DNA of 33,413 nt from a virus (lineage: Duplodnaviria > Caudoviricetes), in the IMG/VR virus record IMGVR_UViG_3300030330_004845, positions 1-33,413 of that record; one strand, written 5' to 3'. The translations under genes were made by a program, and so were the position numbers. The notes below the pieces were generated by a model. That model saw only the letters and a program-made list of their open reading frames with translations. It searched no databases and was not told the origin of the DNA. Below, one piece after another: positions 16,090-25,400 of the stretch (the first letter of the stretch is position 1; each line of letters begins with the position of its first letter).

Positions 16090-17846
16090 TCCCCCTTGAG
16101 GAGAGAAAGGGCTGCGCTCATGACGTCACGCGGGTCGTCGAAGGAGGTAAGGATGTCCTGTCCGCGCGCACGCAGTTCTGCGTCTTCTTCCTGAGGTGAG
16201 AGGAATCGCTGCATGGCGGCGTCGATGGGTTGGTCAAACTCCTGCTCGACGTTCCTGCGGGGGCGCGCCATCGTCGTCTGACCGCCACCGCGCGATGTGA
16301 CCCTCGCCCCACCTGCGGTGCGTTGACCGGGGAGCGGGTCAGGGTCCACCTCTGCTCCGGTGTAGCGAATGTTCTGCAGGGTTGTTTCAGCCCGCTGTCG
16401 TGGGTTGTGACCCGGCTTGTTGAAGTCGATGTTGCGCATAGGTTCGTCTTCCATAGACTCTTGCCGCATGGGTCGCCCTGCGCCGGGTTGGCGCGCGTAG
16501 ACGTTTTCTGAAGGAACTTCGCCGCGCATGTATCTCCCCGCATGCTCCGTCATATCGCGGATGAAGCGCGCAAGGCCGTGATTCTTCTGACCCTTCTTTG
16601 ATGAGAAAAGGTCATCGTGGTAGGCGGCTCCAAACCTAAAGGGGATTTTCTCGTCGTCGTCGTAGTAGAAGCCTTGACGCGCGAGGTCATCGGGGTCAGC
16701 GTATAGGGGCATCCCGTATTTCTCTCTGAACGCCTTGTCTTCTTCTTCTGCCGAATCACCCGAATCACCTCGACCGGGGAGGCCGAACTCATGGACCATT
16801 TCCAACAGAGCCTTCTTTTCGTCCTCTTCAATTTCCTCTCCGCGCTCGGCCTTTTGAGCCAGCCTTTCCAAGTCATCAACCGACACATGCATGAGTTCCG
16901 TTGGCTCAAGACCGCCACCCTCGTATCCGCGCGCATGCCCGCCGCCACTCATAGGAGCCGCGTCTTCGTCTTCGCCAATCTCTTGAGCCGTAGGTTTTCG
17001 CCCTTCCATGATGGCCTGCATCGCATCTTCGATGGTCCTGTCGCTCGCGCCGCGCGCTGTGAGCAAGCGCCCCATCATCTCGGCTTCTTGCCGCAAACGG
17101 TCAGCGCTTGGATACCTCAAACCTTCAGCATCGTCACGCCCCATCTCTTCTTCGGTCAACTCTCCGATTCCACGCTCACGGAACCTCCTGCGGTGAGCAT
17201 CATCGGGGTCTTCGTAGTTCTCATCACCGCGCACTTCTGCGACTTCTTCATCCATCCTTTCCTGTTCGGAAAGACGGTCCTGTCGGTCCCTGTAGGACTC
17301 CTTCGGCCTGCTCCGCTCCTGCCCCTTGAGCCTGTCTTTGACTTCCTGAATCGCGTCGTCTCCGCCCTTGAAACCGGGGCTGTTTATGACGCTCTCAACC
17401 ATCTCGGGGGTGTAACGTGAAAAGGCACCCTTTCCTTGGAAGAGTTCTGGATTCATCAACCCCCTTTTCTGACTCTGAAATCGACGCCCCTTTGCACCCA
17501 TTTCGGCTTGCTCGTCGAGCAGGTTCTGCAGATTCAGTCCCGCCGGTGGGTGCTCCATGTCTGCGAGGTCGTCGATGCTGACGTTGTGCCTCTGCCTGAG
17601 CATGGCGTTGAATCTTTCAGGGTCGATGCGACGCTTATCGAGAATACCCATGAACTTGCGCTTGCCGTTCTTTCCCCTGAGAATATCGTGGAGGCCACGC
17701 CTCCGTCCCGCGTCGAACCCAGCACCGCCAAGCCTGCGCGCCTTCTTGATTTGTCCCTTCTTCGGCTTGGGGATACCGATGATGAGGACCATGCCTCCCT
17801 TCCCCTTCTTGCCCTTGGGCTTCTCGATGTCTTCCTTCGCCATCAT
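16086..17846 (-). CDS. Highly charged, largely disordered protein; possible internal head protein
   Basis: 586 aa with a basic N-terminus (KPKGKKGKGGMVLIIGIPKPKK), D/E/R-rich body, no Cys or Trp seen, and C-terminal SAALSLLKGE. Confidence 0.7.
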   Translation of the reverse strand: MMAKEDIEKPKGKKGKGGMVLIIGIPKPKKGQIKKARRLGGAGFDAGRRRGLHDILRGKNGKRKFMGILDKRRIDPERFNAMLRQRHNVSIDDLADMEHPPAGLNLQNLLDEQAEMGAKGRRFQSQKRGLMNPELFQGKGAFSRYTPEMVESVINSPGFKGGDDAIQEVKDRLKGQERSRPKESYRDRQDRLSEQERMDEEVAEVRGDENYEDPDDAHRRRFRERGIGELTEEEMGRDDAEGLRYPSADRLRQEAEMMGRLLTARGASDRTIEDAMQAIMEGRKPTAQEIGEDEDAAPMSGGGHARGYEGGGLEPTELMHVSVDDLERLAQKAERGEEIEEDEKKALLEMVHEFGLPGRGDSGDSAEEEDKAFREKYGMPLYADPDDLARQGFYYDDDEKIPFRFGAAYHDDLFSSKKGQKNHGLARFIRDMTEHAGRYMRGEVPSENVYARQPGAGRPMRQESMEDEPMRNIDFNKPGHNPRQRAETTLQNIRYTGAEVDPDPLPGQRTAGGARVTSRGGGQTTMARPRRNVEQEFDQPIDAAMQRFLSPQEEDAELRARGQDILTSFDDPRDVMSAALSLLKGE

Positions 17847-18037
17847 TCCACCCCATGCTGCTTGAACTTCGGTTTGTTCAGTCGTGATTCACGCCATAGA
17901 CGGTCGCACTCAGGGCACTCCCAAACGAGCACACGCGAATCTCTCTCATTAACGTAGCGCGCCTCAAGTCTGCGAGCGAGCACCGGCTTGAAGCAGCCGG
18001 GGCACTTTTGCGAAAGACGGTCGCGCAACTTTCCCAT
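17843..18037 (-). CDS. Small Zn-ribbon protein
   Basis: CPGC...WECPEC; GAGGTGA SD upstream; stop overlaps the next ATG. Confidence 0.8.
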   Translation of the reverse strand: MGKLRDRLSQKCPGCFKPVLARRLEARYVNERDSRVLVWECPECDRLWRESRLNKPKFKQHGVE

Positions 18038-18046
18038 TCTTTCACC

Positions 18047-20392
18047 TCAAGGAATCTGCGGTGGCGCAGCACCCGGAAGAGCCACAACATACGCGGCAAG
18101 CCTGTCGATGGCCTGTTGGATTGTCGTGGGGGCGGGCGCTGCCCAACTCGCAGCAGAGGTTGTGGGCGTGAAGGTGTCGGTTTGCGCACCACCGGGGGCG
18201 AGATAGGCTAAGTCAGCAAGATTGCTCGCAGCCGCCAAGTCACCGTTAGAGTCAGCGACAAGAACAGCGTTCGTTACCGTTGTTTGTCTGATGGTTCCTG
18301 CGACGTGAAGAAGAGCCTGCGGCCCGCCAGTCCCGATGCCCAACCTTCCGTTTGAGTCGAGGGTCATTTTGACTTGAGGGACGGTTGAAGCGCCGGGGTT
18401 GCCAGCCGTTACCGCGAACCCGATTGCCATAGCACCCTTAGTGTCGGTGGTGTAGGACTCTCGTGCAATAGGCACAATCGCCGCCAAAAACTTCGGGTTT
18501 TCCGTAGTGAAAGCACTGTCCGTGGACATGAACTTGATGGGGACACCAAACTTCGACGTGGTGTTCATTCCCGCAGCAGACAATTCAAGTCCACCCATTG
18601 TGCGGGTGAGGGCGTTATCACCGGCAGACGTGTCTTTGACTCTGATAACGTGATTTGACCCCTCAACATGCAAGGCAGTAGCGGGTGAAGCAGTTCCGAT
18701 GCCAACTCGGTCGTTGGCAGCGTCAACGTGTAAGGTAGTCCCGTCAACAGTCAGACCTTTGCCTGCGGCGATGGTAACATCGCCCGTTAAAGCCAATGTT
18801 GCTTCTCCTTCAACGGCAGCGATGGCGTCTGCATCTGCGTATGCGGTCGCGCTTGCAGCAATACCGTCGAGTTTGGTTTTGTCCGCGCTGGACATCGAGC
18901 CTGCTGCACTCGTTGTTGCCGCGCTAATGCCGATTGTGCCCGACCCCGTGATGGTGCCGCCCGTGATGGGTGCTGAGGTAGCAATACTCGTGACCGTGCC
19001 CGCGTTCGCAGTCGCCCCGTCAGCGATGTTGAGGAGCGTCTGCACCTCGGCCTTCGTGATGCCTGATGCGAACGCAGGCGTGCCGCTGTTGATTTCGATG
19101 GCGGGGTCAGGCAGACCGATGATGGCGGATTGGTAGTCGCACCGCACCCACACGCTACCCTCGTAGATGAATGTCGCGCGGTGTCCGCTCGACAATGTCG
19201 CATTCAGTCCTGTTGGGGAGGTCTGATTGTCGAAGACGATAGAACCGTCACCGTCGTTGCACACTTCGATGATGTGCCCCTCAGGGAACATGTAGTTCGC
19301 GCTGCCGTCACGCTCAGGATTCAGGGTGATGGTGACGCCGCTGTTCGGGCTGAGCATGAAGAACGCGTCACCGTCTGCGGTGATGACCCAAGTGCCGTTT
19401 GTCGTCAGCCCCGTGCTCGTTGCGTCGACACCCATTCCCTGCAGGCGGACAGAGTAGTGTCCCGTCTGTTCGTTGTTTCTCCCTGCGAAGTAGAACGAGT
19501 CGGCAGCGTGTCCGCCTCCGCGGTCTGCACCGCGCGACGGTCCTTGCCCATACCCTGCATCGCTGCTGCTCGGAGGACTTTGGCTGAACGAGCCGTAGCG
19601 GGGGTGGCTGACCCAATGCACGTTGACCGTGTCTGAGACAGTCAGTTCTCCGTTCTCGTTGTGCACCACGTTGAGATGCTCAACGCGGTTCACACCCTTG
19701 TCTCCGGTGTCCACGATTTCTCCGCTTGAGATGCTGCCGAGCGACAGCGGCACGCGGAAGTCAGCAGCCGCCTTGATGAAGACGCGCTTGTCGTTGATTT
19801 CGACGATGTTGATGTTGCGGGTTCCGCCTCCTGAGGCGACGTATTGGACGCGGACGTGCGCGAGGACAACGGCCTTCATGTTGTCCTGTGTCGCCCCCGT
19901 GTCGAAGTCGATGAGGTATTGGTTGGAGGCTGAAGGGTAGAGGCCCGTGGTTGTGTCTACCGGACTGCCGCCCTCGTAGTGAATCTTGAAGTGACCACCG
20001 CTTGGTGCAACGTAGACGGTGTAGATGGCTTCCTCGTTGGACGATAGGACAAGCCCGCCGGTGCCGTGCGTAGCGTCGTTGAGGTCAAGCGTCTTCGTGT
20101 TCCCTACGCCGTTGCCGAACTCGTAGAGCGCGCCGTCGAGCACGGCAAAGCCACCACTTACCGTCAGCGTTGATGACGAGGCGCGCACAATAGAACCCGG
20201 CTGGTTGCCGCTGTTCGTCTCGTTGCGCGTTGAGTCGTAGGCTCCGTCTTGGTAGCGGATGATGCCGTTGCCGTGCACGCCCTGCAACAGATTGGTCAGC
20301 GTTGCGGGTGATAGTGCGTCCCCGTCACGCAGTCCGTCCTCGCCAAGCGTGTTCTGCGCGGCGGTGTGACCGGCCAAGTTGTCGGATACCAT
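18047..20392 (-). CDS. Tail fibre / receptor-binding protein
   Basis: G/T/S/A-rich. Fibre-type repeats GTVTSI, MSSADKTKLDGI, RVGIGTASP..LHV and RLGIGT..P..LLHV. C-terminal TTIQQAIDRL helix. Confidence 0.8.
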   Translation of the reverse strand: MVSDNLAGHTAAQNTLGEDGLRDGDALSPATLTNLLQGVHGNGIIRYQDGAYDSTRNETNSGNQPGSIVRASSSTLTVSGGFAVLDGALYEFGNGVGNTKTLDLNDATHGTGGLVLSSNEEAIYTVYVAPSGGHFKIHYEGGSPVDTTTGLYPSASNQYLIDFDTGATQDNMKAVVLAHVRVQYVASGGGTRNINIVEINDKRVFIKAAADFRVPLSLGSISSGEIVDTGDKGVNRVEHLNVVHNENGELTVSDTVNVHWVSHPRYGSFSQSPPSSSDAGYGQGPSRGADRGGGHAADSFYFAGRNNEQTGHYSVRLQGMGVDATSTGLTTNGTWVITADGDAFFMLSPNSGVTITLNPERDGSANYMFPEGHIIEVCNDGDGSIVFDNQTSPTGLNATLSSGHRATFIYEGSVWVRCDYQSAIIGLPDPAIEINSGTPAFASGITKAEVQTLLNIADGATANAGTVTSIATSAPITGGTITGSGTIGISAATTSAAGSMSSADKTKLDGIAASATAYADADAIAAVEGEATLALTGDVTIAAGKGLTVDGTTLHVDAANDRVGIGTASPATALHVEGSNHVIRVKDTSAGDNALTRTMGGLELSAAGMNTTSKFGVPIKFMSTDSAFTTENPKFLAAIVPIARESYTTDTKGAMAIGFAVTAGNPGASTVPQVKMTLDSNGRLGIGTGGPQALLHVAGTIRQTTVTNAVLVADSNGDLAAASNLADLAYLAPGGAQTDTFTPTTSAASWAAPAPTTIQQAIDRLAAYVVALPGAAPPQIP

Positions 20393-20739
20393 CAGGCCAC
20401 CTCCAAGATGAACGAGAAGCGCACTTCGTTTTCAGCGTTTTTGACGAAGGAGTTCACGTCAGCCCGATAGACAGGGACAAACTCTCCTGTAGACGCGTCT
20501 TTGTATTGGATGTAGACTTCCTGCACGGGTTTGGCGAAGACATAGGATGCGTTGAACACGCCTTCCACGAGCAGGCTTGTGTCGTCAATGATTTGCACGC
20601 GCGGTGTGACGCGCGCAAGTGTGCGTGCACCACCATCGTCGGAGGTCGCTACGGACCCGTCGCTGCCGATGTGCAGTTCAGTGATGAGCGTTGAGAGATG
20701 TTCGACCAATCGGCGCTTGACGGCGTTCAGCATCGGCAT
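20392..20739 (-). CDS. Small tail/baseplate-associated protein
   Basis: 115 aa, beta-rich (ELHIGSDG..AT..D; K....EVRFSF), translationally coupled between the hub-like and fibre genes. Confidence 0.6.
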   Translation of the reverse strand: MPMLNAVKRRLVEHLSTLITELHIGSDGSVATSDDGGARTLARVTPRVQIIDDTSLLVEGVFNASYVFAKPVQEVYIQYKDASTGEFVPVYRADVNSFVKNAENEVRFSFILEVA

Positions 20740-22412
20740 CAGATTTTCCTCCTCGATTTGCGTCCCTTCGTAACCCTCATTTCGTGTGCTCGCGGTCGGA
20801 GCAGCCTCAGTTCGCTGATGGAGCCGGGGATGCTTGCCCCGCTTACGAGGGTCACGCCTGTGAAGGTTGTGGCCGTCGTGCCGCTGTAGGACACAAAGGA
20901 TTGGTCATCGAGGATGAGGTGCCCGCTGCTCGGAAAGCCGGTCGTTGCGGTGACCGTGATAGCCCCCGCAGCGTGTGACCCCGGTAGACGGCGCGTGATA
21001 CCGAAACCGAGCGCTGACCGACCCGGTCCATAGTTGGCGTTGCGATGACCGAGCAGGACGCCTGCGTGGATGTCGGGGTAGGTGTTGGTCGTCGAGGTGC
21101 GGCGGATGCGAGCGAGCCGAGCGATGACCGGCTTTACGGTCAGAACTCCGGTGACGCGCATGTTTGCGTTTCCGATGCCGCTCTTGTTCAAGCGCACAAC
21201 TTGGAAGTTCCTGTCCGGCTCGTCTTGCTCCTCTTGACTGCCCTCGTCACCGAGGGAGGTGATGACGGCCTCAAGGCCTGACTCGTAGGAGAGCATTTGG
21301 AAGTCTGACTCTCCGCTCGACGAGTGCGTCACTTCGATGAGCGCCTGCTGCACGTCGCCGATGGCTGAGTTGAAGGTCACGATGTCGCCCGGTTCCAAGT
21401 CCCACGACAGGCTGTGACGCTTAGAAAGAAGCGCGCCTTGGGCCTTTTTGTTGAGGCGGAGTGCCTGCGTTGCACTCTTTCTGGCACGCGTCTCATTGTT
21501 TGCGGTTGGGTCAAAGACGTTCATCTGCTTGATTGAGCCGTGCTTCTTCTGCAGTTCAGCATCGTCCACCTGTGCGCTGATAACGTCGTTGACGGCAACA
21601 CCTCTCCCCTTCACCGTGACCCGATTGGCAACGTCCACCACGGGGTCAATCTTCGTTTGTCCGATACCGCGTTGCACGCCAAGTTCGCGGTCCTTCGTTT
21701 GGAACACCTTGGGCGCGTAGAGGAAGTTACCGAAGCGGTCGTAGTAGATGATGAAATGGTCGTGACGAGCGACTGAACGGATGGCTGTGGGGAGGTTGAG
21801 CGATTGAAAGTTCTGCGCGACGAAGAGGGTGCTTACCCCTTTCGACACAACGCTGTTCAGTCCGTGCAGCGCTTTGGTGAACAGTTTCTCGACCAAATCG
21901 GTGCTGCGCAATCCAACCGAAAGCGTCTGCCCTGCATAGACGTGCGTCGTAGCGCCCATCTGCAGGTCGGTCAGCGTGCGCCCCTTCATGTTGTTCAGGT
22001 TCACACGCGCACCCTTCTGTGCTGCCTGCACCGATTCGGTGCGCAACCGGAGCGACGGGTCCACGACATCGAAAAGAAGCATCGGGCGGCGCGATGTAGC
22101 GGACAGGGAAACGCCGTCGAAGAATGGTGCGTCTTCGTGAGTTGTGTGAGCAAGCCGCACCCCAGCCTCCTCTTCACTCAATCGGTATCGTCGTGGGTGG
22201 GTGGCTTGGAAGTCCGCCTGCTTGGGTTTGCTCACCTGCGTTGTCTTGCTGTTGTCTTGCGCGGTCTTGTAGATGACGTGGTGCACCGCGTTGTCGACGA
22301 AGGTTGGCTCCTCTGCAATGGCGCCGATTTGGTCGTGGATGGCGTTTGAGCGACCAAGGCTACGTCCTGCGTAAGACGTGTTCGTGGGGCTTGTGATGGT
22401 GTAGGTTGTCAT
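20739..22412 (-). CDS. Tail tip / baseplate hub-like protein
   Basis: FIIYYDRFGNFLY, ANRVTVKG, QKKHG and LEPGDIVTF resemble motifs of phage hub/tail-tip proteins; lies upstream of the fibre gene. Confidence 0.6.
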   Translation of the reverse strand: MTTYTITSPTNTSYAGRSLGRSNAIHDQIGAIAEEPTFVDNAVHHVIYKTAQDNSKTTQVSKPKQADFQATHPRRYRLSEEEAGVRLAHTTHEDAPFFDGVSLSATSRRPMLLFDVVDPSLRLRTESVQAAQKGARVNLNNMKGRTLTDLQMGATTHVYAGQTLSVGLRSTDLVEKLFTKALHGLNSVVSKGVSTLFVAQNFQSLNLPTAIRSVARHDHFIIYYDRFGNFLYAPKVFQTKDRELGVQRGIGQTKIDPVVDVANRVTVKGRGVAVNDVISAQVDDAELQKKHGSIKQMNVFDPTANNETRARKSATQALRLNKKAQGALLSKRHSLSWDLEPGDIVTFNSAIGDVQQALIEVTHSSSGESDFQMLSYESGLEAVITSLGDEGSQEEQDEPDRNFQVVRLNKSGIGNANMRVTGVLTVKPVIARLARIRRTSTTNTYPDIHAGVLLGHRNANYGPGRSALGFGITRRLPGSHAAGAITVTATTGFPSSGHLILDDQSFVSYSGTTATTFTGVTLVSGASIPGSISELRLLRPRAHEMRVTKGRKSRRKI

Positions 22413-25400
22413 GCTCCCACTCCGTTGTCTGTGCGGTCACCCTCGCTTGCGTGCGACGCCGTGTTCATCTTGTCTCCCGCGAAGAGCGACTGCGTGTAGC
22501 GCGGTTGCACCGTGTAGTCGAGGCGGATGAACTGCTCGTCGTCCTGCTTGACTGACTGTCGACGGCTTGCGTCACCGCGGAAATGCTGCAGCGTGTTGTT
22601 GGTCACCACCATGCGCGCGACAGCCTGAGTGGCGGAGGTCGTGAAGTCGCTTGCATCAGCGCCGGGGATGAGCGGACCCACGCTCGCGGGAGCACTCGTT
22701 GACGAAGTCAGGTTGAACAGATAGACAGGCGCGTATGGTGGGTTGCTTGGTGCAGGGTTGGTGTTCCGCATGTAGGAAGATGCTGAATCAGCAGCGCGCG
22801 CGTTCGGTGCGTCATACATGAAGACGCCATAGCGCCCCGCTGCCGTGGCCGATAGGACGTGCGTGGTGTCGTCGCGGAACAACTCAATGTGCCGGTTGTC
22901 GAGCACGCGCACAGGGCGAACGAGGAACTTCAGCGTTTGGTCCTTGACGTTGGTCTTATAGGACGTTGAGTCGTGATTGCTGGTCTGATAGGGGTTGGTC
23001 GTCACACCGGAGGAGGCGCCCCATTGGTGGTCGCTGATGGCTTCACCGTCTGAACTGACTTCCAAAACGTAGGTGCCGCCAATCGGTGGGATGCCGTGCG
23101 TGGTGCCGAACTTCAGAACCTGCTTCGCGCTCGACAGGTTGAGCGTATGCAAATTGAGGTTTCCAACCGTTCGGTCAGAGGTGCTCACCCCGCCGGAGAA
23201 GATGAAGCGCTGACCGACCTGCCGGTCTGTATGCAGGCTGTGGGCCTCGGTGCTTGCGATGACGTAGTTGTCGCCCATCTCGCCGTCGTTCTCTCCCACC
23301 GTCATCGCGTCCAAACCAATACGGGGTTTCGATTTCGCAATTGGTTCCTGCATGAACGTGAAGTTTGACTTCTCGACGTTCGTTCCGACGTTCGCCTCTC
23401 GCTTCAGCAGACCATCACCGCCTGCAAGTTCAAGGCGCGCGCTGATACCTTGCGGCATTTCGTGGGCTTGCAGCGCCACGTTCGACGGGCGGATGAGTCC
23501 GCTTGTGAACGCCGGTTCACTCGTGTGGTGCGACAGCACCAGTCCGAAGGGGCGCAGGTCCTCGCTGACGGCTTGCAGCACGTCCTCGTTGAAGTAGGTC
23601 GGGTAGCGCACACCGCGCCCGTCACCACGGTCACCAACGCGCTTTGCAGTAGCGGGGTCGAAGAAGGTCTTCTCAGCAAGACTGAAGCGCAGCGTTGCAT
23701 CATCGAACATGGTTTCCGCAGACTTGGTTCGGTCAGTCGCTCGGTAAGCGTCCTCAGGGTCCCACGATGGGCGAACACCGAAGCCACGCACCGGGAAGCG
23801 ACGCACTTCCTCACCCGTGGTGTTGCCCCACCAATCAACCATGTAGTGGGCCTGAGCAAGCGCGAGGTTGACGCGTTGGTCTTCGACGTCGGTCGACATG
23901 CGGTGACCTGCAGGCGTGTCTGCGTGGAACTGCCGGATGGCCGTCTCAGGGTTCCTGATGTTACGCACCGCGCAACCAAAGCCCTTCGTCATTCGCCGCC
24001 CGTCGCTGTAACGCACTTGCTGCAGTTTGAGGTCGCTGCCGATGAGAGCAGACGCGTTGGTCTGTCGCTCGATGATGCCGACGTAGGAGGGTTGAGCGGT
24101 GGAGGTGACGTTGGAGTTGCCCGAACTGCTTTGCGTGTTCGTGTTGACCGTCGTCTGCTCGTTGCTGACGAACGGCCCTTCAGCGTCGTAGTGGTAGTAG
24201 GCGTGAGGGTCACGGAGGGCTTGGTTCGACTTGATGGCCCATCGCGGTCGGTTATACGGCTGACGAACAGAAATGCGGTAGCCCCATCCAGCGTTGCGCT
24301 TCGTGGCTGCTGAGTCAATTGTTTCGCTCAGCGTTTCAATGTCTGCGTTGGCGACGACAAGACCCTTCGCGTCACTCACCGTCTTGATGTTGGAATCGTC
24401 CCACTTGTTTCGCCATCCGGGTGCCGCTGTGCCGTAAAGCGACAGCGAACTCATCTGCGCACCAAAGCGATGACCACCGGGCCAAAACGCACCCAGTTGG
24501 TATTTGCGCGACTTCCCGTCTGTGCCCGCCTGATGTGGGTAATTGGAGTCGGGGTAGGAGTCAGTCAGCCCGTCGCCCGGTCCTTCCCACGCCTTCATTC
24601 TGAACTTGAACGGGCCGTCGCTCATCGCGTAGGTGAACTCGTGGTAGTGCACCATCTCGAAATGCTCAGGCGCGTGATTGAATGCCTTCTTGTCGACGGC
24701 GGCGTCACCCTTGTTTGTTCGACTGTCGGAGAACCACGTCATTGGACGACCGAGGTTATAGTGCCAAAGACACAGATACGCGTCTGGTAGATGCAACGAG
24801 TTGGTGTCGCGTGTGCCTGAGAGCAGTTGCGGTAGGTTGCGCGTAGCCACACTTGCTTCGGATTGAGTGTAGATGCCGCCCGGTGGGAGGTTATTATACG
24901 GCGAAGATAGACGCACCGTAGCACCCTGTGTGGCTGCGGCCCAAAAGCCACTCGTCGTGTTCGCGATGCCGTTGAACACCACAGGACCTGAAGCGCCCAA
25001 ACCGCTGATGTATCCTCGGTCGACGTAAGTGGCCGTCTGCTCAACCCCGCTTGCATCGGTGATGGTCAAACGGTGACGGTAGTAGGATAAACCAACGAGT
25101 GGGAAGAGTGTGTTGTTTCGGACGTAGAGTTTCGCAGCCGATTGGTCGCCGTGCTCAATCGTGGCCGTGGGGGTCAGCGACGTGAGGTATTCGGTGTAGA
25201 CGTCGAGGTAGTGCGAGGGGTAGCCAAGCATCGTTGTCTGCGTGCCCACCGCTCCGAGAGTCGAACGACAGAACAGGTAGTAGTCGTCGGGCTGGTATTG
25301 CTCAAGGCGCTTCCAGTTGTTCGTCGAGGAGAAGATGGTGGAAGACGCGAGCGCAGCGCTCCACCACGGCACGGTGACGGTGTTGCCCGGAGTGGAGCGG

